NCBI GenBank assembly: GCA_001599295.1
Contig: BCGN01000005.1
Coordinates: 1,302,001-1,366,000 of the forward strand
DNA: 64,000 bases
From: Sporopachydermia quercuum
Lineage: Eukaryota
Direction of reading: 5' to 3'
Positions 33,251 to 43,947 of the stretch are shown here, piece after piece. The stretch's first letter is position 1. Every line of letters begins with the position of its first letter. Below the pieces are notes generated by a model. That model worked only from the letters and a program-made list of their open reading frames with translations, was not told the origin of the DNA and did not search any database. A program made the position numbers and the translations under genes.

Positions 33251-36200
33251 CCGCATCAACCCCAATCCCAACAATCTATGTATTCCCGTCAACCAAGCCT
33301 TCCAGTTGATGAAATAGCCGATTCTGTTGGACCGTTACCCTCTCAAGTTCAAGCTCACTACCAACCAACGAAACCTTCTTCTTTTACACAGCCAGCCAGA
33401 AACCCTCCTCCTGTGCCTTTGCATATACAGTCAGTACCCCCTCAACATCAAGATACACATTTCGCAGTGCGAAATACTGCTCCTTATCCTACAGATCCCG
33501 TTCTAACTTTGGACCCTTATCATCGTCAGGCCCCTGTAAGGCAATCTGTGTATTCACAACAGCATGCGGTACCCCAAGTTATGTCACAGTCTCCATCACA
33601 ACCGCATCTGCAACCGCAACCTCAGCCTGGGGGCTCGTCACATACTTTGAATATTCTTGGAAAATCATTCTCACCGAAAATCGACACAGGTACTTACACA
33701 TTTTCAGGGAAGAGAGCAGTCACATCGCCTAGCCTGAACACAGATTATAGACAAAACTCTTCTGCATCGAAAAGAAGTCCTACAATAGGTTACGGCAATG
33801 ATCAAACAGGCACGTTTAGGAAGAAATCAGAGGGTAGAACATTTTCTTTCTCCTCGCTGACAGCTAGAAGAATTTCGGGAGATGATCCACACGCCCAATC
33901 GCAACCACAGCTTTACTCCATGTCTATTTCTCAGCAGGGATCTCAGGACAAAAATTATATAACAGCAGGAGGAAGAATAATACCCCAGAAGGGTTTACGG
34001 GACAGTGCTATGATGATTCAAAAGAAAGGGAGTGTAACATCCTTGAACGGCTTAGACAGAAACTCCAGTATGCATCATTCTGCTACCATTCTCACTGCAA
34101 CAAGCAGAAGACCTTCAGTTTATCCAGCAATGCTTTCTAAAGTGGCTGCCAAGTTTAAAGACGAGATTGTTATTGGAGAACGGAAGAAAAATGGCTTGAA
34201 TTATAGAGACAGTTTTCTTGGGTCAGAAGCTGTAGATGCTATTGCTTCCATCATACGTACTAACGATAGAAACCTGGCATTGCTTTTAGGGAGAGCGCTT
34301 GATGCTCAGAAGTTCTTCCATGATGTTACATATGAACATCGACTCAGGGATTCGCCTTATGAAGTCTATCAGTTTAACCAAGTTATCTTTGATGATTATC
34401 CTCGTCGTATGGATTCCTTTTCAAGTGTCAGTATGACATATGACCCTAGTAATGTTTCGAAAGTATCTTCGTACTCTACAGTCAGTAATATATCTCGTCA
34501 GAACTCATCTCCAGGTCTGAATGGGCCGGCCGATGCTTCTTATGTTCANGTAAACGGAGTGTTCACTTTATTGACAGAATGCTATTCCCCAACGTGCACA
34601 CGTAATATGATCTGCTATTCTATTGCTTGTCCCAGGAGATTAGAACAACAGGCAAGGAAGAATCTAACCCGTGCAGAATCACGTGCGTCGTTACTTCAAG
34701 ATGAGGAAGCCAAAGAAGCTTGGTCCAAGATCGTACCGCCTGAGCTTCTTGCCACGTATGATAAGAAGGAAATCCAGCGGCAGGAGGCTATCTATGAAAC
34801 AATCTACACTGAGCGAGATTACGTCAAAGATCTAGAGTATATTAAGGATATATTTATTCCCGAAATCAGACGTTCCAATGCGCTTTCTGAACGGGAACGT
34901 GAACGGTTCATTAGGAATGTATTCTGTGGTCTATATGATGTATTAGCTGTTAATTCGAAACTGGCAGAAGCATTGACCAAACGACAGAAGAAATCACTCG
35001 TTGTTGAACAGATCGGGGACATTTTCTTGGATTTCTTCCCAAAGTTTGAACCATATATTAAACATGGTGCTGGATGGCCGTATGCTGCATATGAGTTTAA
35101 ACGGGTAGTTGGTACCAATGCTGAATTCGCCCGTTTGATTCAGAGAATAGAAAACTTGAAGGAATCTAGAAGACGGAAGTTTGAATCTTTTTTCACAGAG
35201 CCAACCACTCGTGCTCCTAGATATCCTCTTCTTCTTGACCGAGTATTGAAGAACACACCACCAGACCATCCGGACCATGAGAATTTAATTAAAGCTGTTA
35301 GCTATATGCGTGATAAGATATTGAATCAAATGAACGAACGTACTGGTGAAGCAATGGATCGCTTGGAGTTGTTCAAATTTGAACAGAAATTGATCTTTGG
35401 TCCTGATATGACTGCACTGAATTTAAGACTTGGTTCTAAAGAGCGTAGAATTAAACAGAAGGGCGTTTTGAAGAAACGATTCCAGGATAAGGAAAACCAA
35501 GGAGAAGTTTGCTACTATCTTATGGACCATATTATTCTTTTCTACAGAAGAAAAATAATCAATAAACAAGAAAAGTTCAAAGTATTTCAGAGGCCTATTC
35601 CCCTTGAGCTTTTATTTGTTACTGATTCGGAAGAACCAGTATCAAGAGCTTTAACAACTGTTCATAATACCAAAACGCACACCGTCAGAAGACAACATAG
35701 TGGAGAATTGAATCCTATAAAGTTTCCATTGACTTTCACTTACCTTGGAAGAAGAAGCTATGACCAAACACTATATGCTACTAGTGTGATGAACCAAAGG
35801 CAGCTTATCGATGCCATTGAAGAGCAACAAAAACATCTACGTGAAACTCATGACGTGTTCACTATCATCAAAGTTGCTGACAAGTTCCTGGACATTCGTA
35901 ATGGTATTAATTGTGTTGTTCCTTTTGATTCTGGTAGAAAGTTAGTGTTTGGTACAGACGAAGGTGTGTTCGTTTCTGATAAAAAGTCAGACAACGGAAA
36001 AATTGTTATCACTCCTCCAATCAAACTAATCTCGAAACCAAATGTCGCGAAAATAAGCGTACTTGAAGAATACCAAACATTGATTGTTCTCTCAGATAAG
36101 AAACTGTATACATGGTCAATCGAAAATTTGGATACCAAGGATGCTAGTGCTAACACTAAGCGAGGGAAAGAAATAATGAATCATGTGAATTTCTTCGAGT

Positions 36201-36865
36201 GTGGAATCTGCGATGGTAGAATGTACATTTGTGCGGCGAAAACATCCGGACATTTGATCCGAGTGTTTGAATTTGAAGATCTTTCGAACAACATGAAAAA
36301 ACGGAATAAGATCAAGTCCACCACTAAGGATATCAGTTTGAATTCTGAGCCGGTATCGATTTCTTTCTTAAGATCTAAATTATGTATTGGATGCACTAAA
36401 GGGTTCGAAATAGTAGTGGTTGAATCAAGAAGTATGGAAAGTTTACTGGATCCAGCAGATACATCGTTGGATTTTGTAGCAAGGAAAGAAGGCTTAAAAC
36501 CTTTGGCTATATATCGATTAGGAAGAGAGTTCTTGCTGAATTATTCGGATTTCTCGTTCTTTGTTAACAAGAACGGTTGGAGAGTTAAGCCCAATTGGAT
36601 TATCTATTGGGAAGGATTACCACAAGCATTTGTATTGTTTCATCCTTATATTATTGCATTTGAGCCAAATTTCATTGAAATCCGTGACGTTGAATCCGGT
36701 GAATTGGTCAGAGTTATTACAGGGGAGAACATCCGATTGTTGCATGCTAATTCTCAAGATATATACTACGCCTTTACAGATGAACAAGGATATGATAAAG
36801 TGGTATGCCTCGATTTCTGGTCAGCATTTAAACGGAAACACGAAGATGCTAAGAATGCTGCCTGA
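32678..36865 (+). CDS. ROM2: Rho1 guanine nucleotide exchange factor of the Rom1/Rom2/Rgf family (DEP-DH-PH-CNH), 1322 aa, two introns
   Basis: join(32678..32789,32887..32968,33091..36865) keeps frame; introns GTAAGT..TACTAAC..CAG and GTAAGA..AACTAAC..TAG. Motifs DRNLALLLGRALDAQKFFHDVTY (DEP), VNGVFTLLTECYSPTC, RQEAIYETIYTERDYV (DH), SLLDPADTSLDF (CNH). The paralogue assignment is tentative. Confidence 0.88.
33185..33250 (+). repeat. Coding (CAA)n microsatellite encoding a polyQ tract of 22
   Basis: CAA CAG followed by 20 uninterrupted CAA (33191-33250). Confidence 0.95.
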
Positions 36866-39040
36866 ATTAGTACTACAAGGAAGTCTGTATGTGAGCATTT
36901 TGTATCAGTATTGCCTGTGATAGTGGACTGAAGATTCTATTGCATCTCGTTTAGATCTTAATCATCCATGATCCTAAGTTTGAAGGGTAGAAGAGAACAG
37001 CCGTGTTCTCACCGTTCTCAATTAGAGGTTTATCAACAAAAGAGAGTAAGTAACTAATATAATTTATTATATTCATTTAATGTGATTAATGCGAAATAGT
37101 TAGTAATGGCTCACATGCTGTAGAAATTAATTAATCCAACAAACAGGTTTTTCTAATACAATTTTTTCATAAATAAGATTAAGGTTCTAATGCCTGCATT
37201 CAAATGCTGACTCAAGCAACAGAGAAAGTTAAAGTTATACGTAAGGTCGAGTTACAAATAAGCATGGAAACCTTGGAAAATGCAGAAACCCGATAATAAC
37301 GCCAATAGAACATCAAAGAAACCATCTTTCGCTGAATTGAGACTGATTTGATATGACAACTATAAAGAATAGAGTTGACTATGAAAAACAGACTTTTTTG
37401 AACAAGATAATGAGAAAGTGAAAAAAGAAGTAGATATGAATAGGCGTAGACAGGATAAATCTGAACATAATATAGTTAGATGACTCTGATATTCAATTAC
37501 AGTATACCAGTACTAGGAATAGACAAGTCAATACAGTGGAACGGCCGAGTAATAATAGTTATGAGAAAAGAGTACTACTTATAAGTCACGGAATCTTTCT
37601 TGATCAGAGAGAAAGACGATTCTGTACAATCAACAAGGTAGTTTGGTTTGTTCGACATTGGATTGATTCCAAAAATGAGCACATGTAGAGGAAATGGAAG
37701 CAAATGATTATTAAGGAAAAGGTTGTTCCTATCTACTGACCAGGTGTCAAATGAAGACTTGATTTACGGTTTATTGCGTAGAATTTGAGTTTGCTTTCTG
37801 AGTTAAGTGCACTTCTCTATTTCTTAATAGGTTCATCATGTTNNNNNTATTCTAAGCAAAAATACTCGTAGAAAGAGAATGAATATTAACAAACTAAGTC
37901 AATTCAATGTGTTTAGTTCCATACAAGGAACAAACATCATCTAACATTTCTATCGAACGTGCCCTTGACTTCACCAACCGACGCTCAACCAATGTTCGCT
38001 TAGAATGAACCCTTGTCAGTAAATAGTTCCTTGGATCTACATTTTACTGAACTTTTATGGCGAAGTTCCTACCTCATTCTTATTCTGATTTCTCGCTCCC
38101 TAGAGAGAAATCTATATGTTCTCTTGGAAATTATTCATTACTTCTCTGGTAAGTAAAGTTTCCCATGCTGTATCCTTTCAGTAACTCAATAACCTTTTTA
38201 CTATTACTTCTTGTCGGTTTCTTCCTGAATATTGTATCAACTCAACTTTATCCTCAGAACATAAATTTCTCCGGCGGTTATTGGATTCACTTTAGCACTG
38301 TCTGGACTGGAGCGAAGGTTACAAGTACTTCAAATCCCGTGATTTCAGCTATTTTGTCTCTAATCCCTTCGCTAGCTACCAGCCAAATGATAATTCTCGT
38401 GTTCATTTATATTGATTAATTCCCTATATAGAAACTATATTATACTGTCAACACATTCACACACTTGTTCGATTACTAAGTGTTTGTCCCCGAATTTTCC
38501 GCTAATGTAAGTACACATGTATACGGATTAAACCAGTTCCCTCATCAGGAATTAAACTTCCAAAAACCATTCTGTTCTCTTTTGGCGTTTGCTACTAGTT
38601 ACTCCATTAAGCCAAAAAAGTTTCCCTTCATTGGCATAATTTCTCGCTGACTTAAATTGTGAAAAATTCATCATTGATTCTCAAGATTGAACAGTAAGAA
38701 GCAGGAGTGAAGAAGACTGAACCTTCGGTTTTCAATTNTTGCATTGTTGCATCGTTGGTGGTAGAAATAATAGCAAAGCAATTATTAATATTTCAGGCAG
38801 AAATATCAGTATTCCTTTGTACACTTGGGAAGTTATTGATAGTGGAAACTGGCATTCATTTGATTGTTTTCATTGTTGGGGGTGGATCAGGTAGGTGATC
38901 GTAATCATAAGCTGATTGATTAAGATACCTGTCAGTGAAGTGTTGAATACGTTCATTTCATTGGAAAAGATAGATTGATAAGCCAGACGACTGATTTCAG
39001 TTGAGATAATAAATAATAGAAGATATTAGATCAAAATAAA

Positions 39041-40015
39041 ATGGCAATCAGCGAAATAATTCAAGTTNAGATTCCTTCATTGGATAACATATTTGGCATC
39101 AAATTATGGCCATTATTCAATGTTGTATTTGGTAAAATATTTGGAGTCAAAGCTGATGATTTCCAATATGTAGGTGGAGTCACACCGGTTTCAACATTTT
39201 TCGAATCAGTACAAATCATTGGATTGTATTATATTGTTATTTTCGGCGGGGCTTATTTGATGAAAACATTGAGAGTTCCTCCTATCAAATTGAACTTTTT
39301 ATTTCAAATCCACAATATTACACTAACAAGTGTTTCATTGCTTTTAATGCTATTATTGTTGGAACAAGTTGTACCGATTATCGTTCGTCACGGTTTATTT
39401 TATGCAATTTGCGATGGTGGTGCCTACACTGATAAAATCGTTGCTATTTATTATGTCAACTATTTGGTGAAGTACATTGAGTTGATTGATACTGTTTTCC
39501 TCGTTTTAAGAAAGAAGCAGTTGACATTTCTTCATACTTTCCATCATGGAGCCACTGCCTTATTGTGTTTCATACAGTTAGGTGGTCACAGTACTGTTCA
39601 ATGGGTCCCTATTGGATTAAACCTATGGGTTCATATTATTATGTACTTCTATTACTTTTTGGCTGCATGCGGTAAGAAAGTATGGTGGAAGAAGTTTGTT
39701 ACAACTTTTCAAATCATTCAATTTGTTATTGATTTATGCTTTGTTTATTTTGCTTCCTACACCCATTTCAGTTATGTATACTGGCCAATGTTGCCTGATT
39801 TTGGTGATTGCTATGGCACTGAGTGGGCTGCCATATTTGGCGTTGCTTTATTGACTTCTTACTTGTTCTTGTTCATTGCGTTCTATATCAAAATCTACAA
39901 GAAACCAGTTGCTAAAGGTAAGAAACCTGTCAAGTCAGCGAACGGTGTCTCGGAACCTTCCGCCAAAACTTCAGGTGTGTCTACTGAAGTTCCTGTGAGA
40001 TCTAGAAGAATATAG
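39041..40015 (+). CDS. ELO3: GNS1/SUR4-family very-long-chain fatty acid elongase, 324 aa (more ELO3/SUR4-like)
   Basis: KYIELIDTVFLVL, LTFLHTFHHGATALLC (HxxHH), HIIMYFYY, FQIIQF. The C-terminal CYGT...LTSYL.LFI.FYI resembles Elo3; the paralogue call is tentative. Confidence 0.85.
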   Translation: MAISEIIQVXIPSLDNIFGIKLWPLFNVVFGKIFGVKADDFQYVGGVTPVSTFFESVQIIGLYYIVIFGGAYLMKTLRVPPIKLNFLFQIHNITLTSVSLLLMLLLLEQVVPIIVRHGLFYAICDGGAYTDKIVAIYYVNYLVKYIELIDTVFLVLRKKQLTFLHTFHHGATALLCFIQLGGHSTVQWVPIGLNLWVHIIMYFYYFLAACGKKVWWKKFVTTFQIIQFVIDLCFVYFASYTHFSYVYWPMLPDFGDCYGTEWAAIFGVALLTSYLFLFIAFYIKIYKKPVAKGKKPVKSANGVSEPSAKTSGVSTEVPVRSRRI

Positions 40016-42270
40016 AATGACAGGTTGAAAGATTACGCTTATACTGTACGCAGTTTGAAGTTTTCGCTCCTTAAGAAAAGTAAAACAAAGCATTCTGGTT
40101 TCTCGGTGATTTTGTTTACTCTAAAGATAAATGAAAATATCAGAAACTTGATTCAACTACTCTACTATCATAAAAGAGGATAATAAATAATTAATAATAA
40201 CTCAATNGGAAGTGAATGGTGGGGAAAGAACATACTATTAAATACTATAGAATACCCTTACAAGTAATGATTAGATTCATATTANACATTATTAAATGCA
40301 CTGATAAGTTGAGCTTGATAGCTTTGACAGTAATGACATCTGTTAATCGTATTGCATTTTCACGAGATTATCAGCAAGTCCAGTTTCATGATCATCTGTT
40401 GGCGTTCAATCTAAGGATTGTCCTNACAANTTTCACTTCTCGCGTCAAGCTGACGTTCAACGATTTATGCTTCCTCGGTGCATCTGTCGCATAATTATGC
40501 ATGCTGTTGCATATAAATGTATAGTAAACTTTANTTGACATCTAGTAATGAAGGCACATGGCTCAAGCTAGTGTAGATCTCGAAAAGAATAGAGAACAAA
40601 AAAGAGGAATCAATTCAGTGTGAAATTGAGAACAGAGAGAAATAAACAGTGTGCTGTTTTTATTAAATGTCCCACATTTAGATGAGTTACTTGGCGATTG
40701 GACTCATTAATTGAATAGTTCAAAAGCTCATTCTTTACTTCACGAACTGAGAATGCCTTGTGANAGAATTGANTAGAAGGAAGTAGAAGAACAGCAGAAA
40801 AACACATTGAGGAGAACAAAATAGCTGCCACCGTCCTTTTTTAAAGCCGGGAAGGTCGGGCCAGGGAAAACCATAGACAAGTTCCACTTCCGTATAGCTG
40901 GACCTGTTCCGAGCATGAACAGATTCGGAAGAACTCACAGACTGCGGGAATTAAACTAGTTTGTAATAATATTGGAAAAATTCAATATACAGTAAGTACG
41001 GAATATAGAGTTGAACTCTTAGTTTATACCGAATACTTAGTTTCATAAAAGTTAAACCTCCATTATACAGACGTTTGTGCTGAAATGTCCATCTTCCCTT
41101 TCCTTAATCCATGTTGTTAGGGAACAAATTTGCGACTCTCCTTTCAAAGAAGTAAGGTAATGTGAATCGAGAAAAGCTGTTATCATATTCATCCTTCTCG
41201 AATTTACTCTATACTAACTTACGATCATTTAAATTTGAAATATATTCCACTCTTTGTATAATAACCAATCTTTCTTTTTGAGATATCTTTTCTTTTGTTT
41301 CGGACAAGTTACTCAGTGAAATAGCCAAGTTATCTGAAGCCAATATGAATTTTGACTAACATGATCGTTAGTAAGATTCACTTGTTTGATGATCAATCAT
41401 AAAAACAAGAATGATTTCAATAACCTAGTTAGTAAATATTACCGAACAAAATAAGACATATACTCAAGTACTCAGACAGAACCTAATTAGTACNACACCG
41501 TAAATTCAAAAAATAGTTATGCTTCAGTGCAGGACCTTCAGGTGATATAACACATTAGGGGGGTACCGTTATGAGGCTAAACAAGTTCGTTTAGCTTTCA
41601 NTACAGATAATTGAATGGAAGTAGGATTTCCAGACACAAAAGTCANCTATTTTAGTATTATGAAAGGGAAGTAAATCATTGCAGAATAACATCCAGCTTC
41701 TCGGACTTAACCAGCTGAAAAGAAGATGAGTTGTGAATTGGAATCTCAAATCTAAGATATAGCATAACTTTCTTGGGGATTGAAATGAGACCAAATATTC
41801 TATCTCAGCCATATACTTTTTTGAGGGACTCATATCTTTCTCCCCAGTTCGATCAATAATTGTTCAGTTGCCTATGTATATAATGATAGAAATGAATCTC
41901 TCCAGTGTGACAGTGAACGGTTATACATCTAGAGCACATGAATTATATACGCCGTGTGCCGATATTACTTAAACGTTATATTAAAGTTTCGCTGAATGCT
42001 TGTTTATTTTAAAGTTGAACAATCTTAAAAAATATGTACGCAACCTATACTCANTTCAATTCAATCCGTTTATCAGTCAGTTACGGCTTCTAATAAGTTG
42101 AGTTATCCTACAAATATCTCAACTATAAGATAACTGTTTTTACTTCTATTACTAAACATATGCTATTTATGATTGACTTATTTTTATAATCTCCATAACC
42201 AAAACCCGGATACTATACATCGCTGAATATGAACGTTTATATAATTGCTTATAAAAAGTAAAATGAATTG

Positions 42271-42295
42271 AAAAGAAAAGAAAAGAAAAGAAAAG
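42271..42295. repeat. (AAAAG)5 microsatellite
   Basis: Five perfect copies downstream of the STP4-like gene. Confidence 0.85.
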
Positions 42296-42465
42296 AACNA
42301 CATGATCCATCATTAATAAATAGCGACTGCTATTTCAAGGGATGCAGAAATTATGTGATAGTTCAATATCNAGAGAACATGAAAAACTGAACTTCGGTAG
42401 CAAATTTGTTGATTCCCATTGATTCCTGCAAATGTCCCATAATTAAAACGTAATCATATGCCCTT

Positions 42466-43947
42466 CTAATGAACAGAGTTAGAATTTTCATCATGAACCA
42501 TATTTGGACATTTACTAGGTTCAACATGATTATTGATCCATGAATCAACATTCTCAAACCACATATTACAAGCTTTACAAGTACCAGAAACATGTGCTCT
42601 ATCCTTCTTACGAGTACCTAGAGGATAATTGAAATGCAAAGCTTTCAAATGATTCTTATAAGTATCACATCTCGAGAAAAACCCATTAGAATGACAAACA
42701 GTAGTAGGTATACTCACATTTCGACTACCTCCGTTTTCAGAATTTTGTTCATTTGCTTCGTCAATCTTAGTCTTACTAGGAAGAAAGAAAAACGGACATT
42801 TATAAGCTCCTCCATTTTCTCCTGTATCTTTCCAATGTGATTTGACATGCCTAAATAGATCATTTGGTCTTGCAAAACCTCTATGACATATATGACATGT
42901 ATGAGGTCTCGATGATGGTAATAGATGNGTTGATTTATGAGTTGCTAAATTCGAGAAAAACAAATGGCATTCAGGGCATTGTTTCTTCTTTCTTGGTTTT
43001 GAATTTGATTTCCCTGGTTTTTCTATCCGATGGCTAGGATCATGATTGAAGCTGCCATTTAGATTTGAGTGGTGCTGATCTTCCAAACCATGACTCATCA
43101 TTCGTTGATTAGGATAGTATAGGATATTACCATCAGTCGAGCCAGGTAAAGTGTTGACAGTGGATAAAAGATTGGAGTTCATTCTATTGTAGTTCTGAGG
43201 GAACTGATGTTGTTGCGCAAATCCTGATTGCAAAGAAGAATAACCTGGTAAAGACGGAATAGGTGGTTGTCCAGGGTTATGAACTTTCTGAGGCCTTCCA
43301 CTTGATAGTGTATAAGCATTGAGATTATTGATCAATTTGGCATCTGAATCAAATGTATTATTTGAAACTGCATTTGGAGCTGGCGATGATCTTATATTTG
43401 AAAGCACTGATGACGAATTGGTTGTGTTACTATCCAGAGTAGTATGAAGTCCCATTGGTGTATGAATATGAGGATGATAAACTGGTGGTGTGTTGACCAA
43501 TGAATTTGAATTGGCTCCTGGAGTATTTGATAAGCTTGTTGAGCTACTTGAACCGCTATTTGTCTTCGGTTGCTGAAATCCGTTGATCATATTGTTTACT
43601 GTGGAAAGATCGGGTGAGAAGAATTTCGAGTTTGACAGCGTAGAGTATTGGTAGTTATATGCCAAGTTTGGAGTATTAGAAGTGTTCGATATCGGTGACC
43701 TCACAGGGCCAGGGAAACTTGCATTCAATCCTAACTGTGAAGAAGCATAATTTGATGATGGGTATGAATGTTGATCGTCTGTCGAAGATATTGAAGGTAT
43801 TGATATAACACTCGATGATGAAGGTATATTTGCCCCGTTTCCTGTTGATTGGTATCTGCTATTTGAATTCGATAAAGCTTGTAGCTGCTGTGAGTATAAA
43901 TACTGATTCATCATTACTTGATGGTTTGCGGAATTATTCACATTCAT
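42466..43947 (-). CDS. STP4: Stp3/Stp4-family C2H2 zinc-finger transcription factor, 493 aa
   Basis: PRKKKQCPECHLFFSNLATHKSxHL...RPHTCHICHRGFARPNDLFRHVKSHWK and CHSNGFFSRCDTYKNHLKALHFNYP; N/S/Q-rich N-terminal region. Confidence 0.8.
   Translation of the reverse strand: MNVNNSANHQVMMNQYLYSQQLQALSNSNSRYQSTGNGANIPSSSSVISIPSISSTDDQHSYPSSNYASSQLGLNASFPGPVRSPISNTSNTPNLAYNYQYSTLSNSKFFSPDLSTVNNMINGFQQPKTNSGSSSSTSLSNTPGANSNSLVNTPPVYHPHIHTPMGLHTTLDSNTTNSSSVLSNIRSSPAPNAVSNNTFDSDAKLINNLNAYTLSSGRPQKVHNPGQPPIPSLPGYSSLQSGFAQQHQFPQNYNRMNSNLLSTVNTLPGSTDGNILYYPNQRMMSHGLEDQHHSNLNGSFNHDPSHRIEKPGKSNSKPRKKKQCPECHLFFSNLATHKSXHLLPSSRPHTCHICHRGFARPNDLFRHVKSHWKDTGENGGAYKCPFFFLPSKTKIDEANEQNSENGGSRNVSIPTTVCHSNGFFSRCDTYKNHLKALHFNYPLGTRKKDRAHVSGTCKACNMWFENVDSWINNHVEPSKCPNMVHDENSNSVH

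Noticed and set aside
37843..37847. Run of five Ns
   Set aside because: Small assembly ambiguity with no flanking repeat or target-site duplication.
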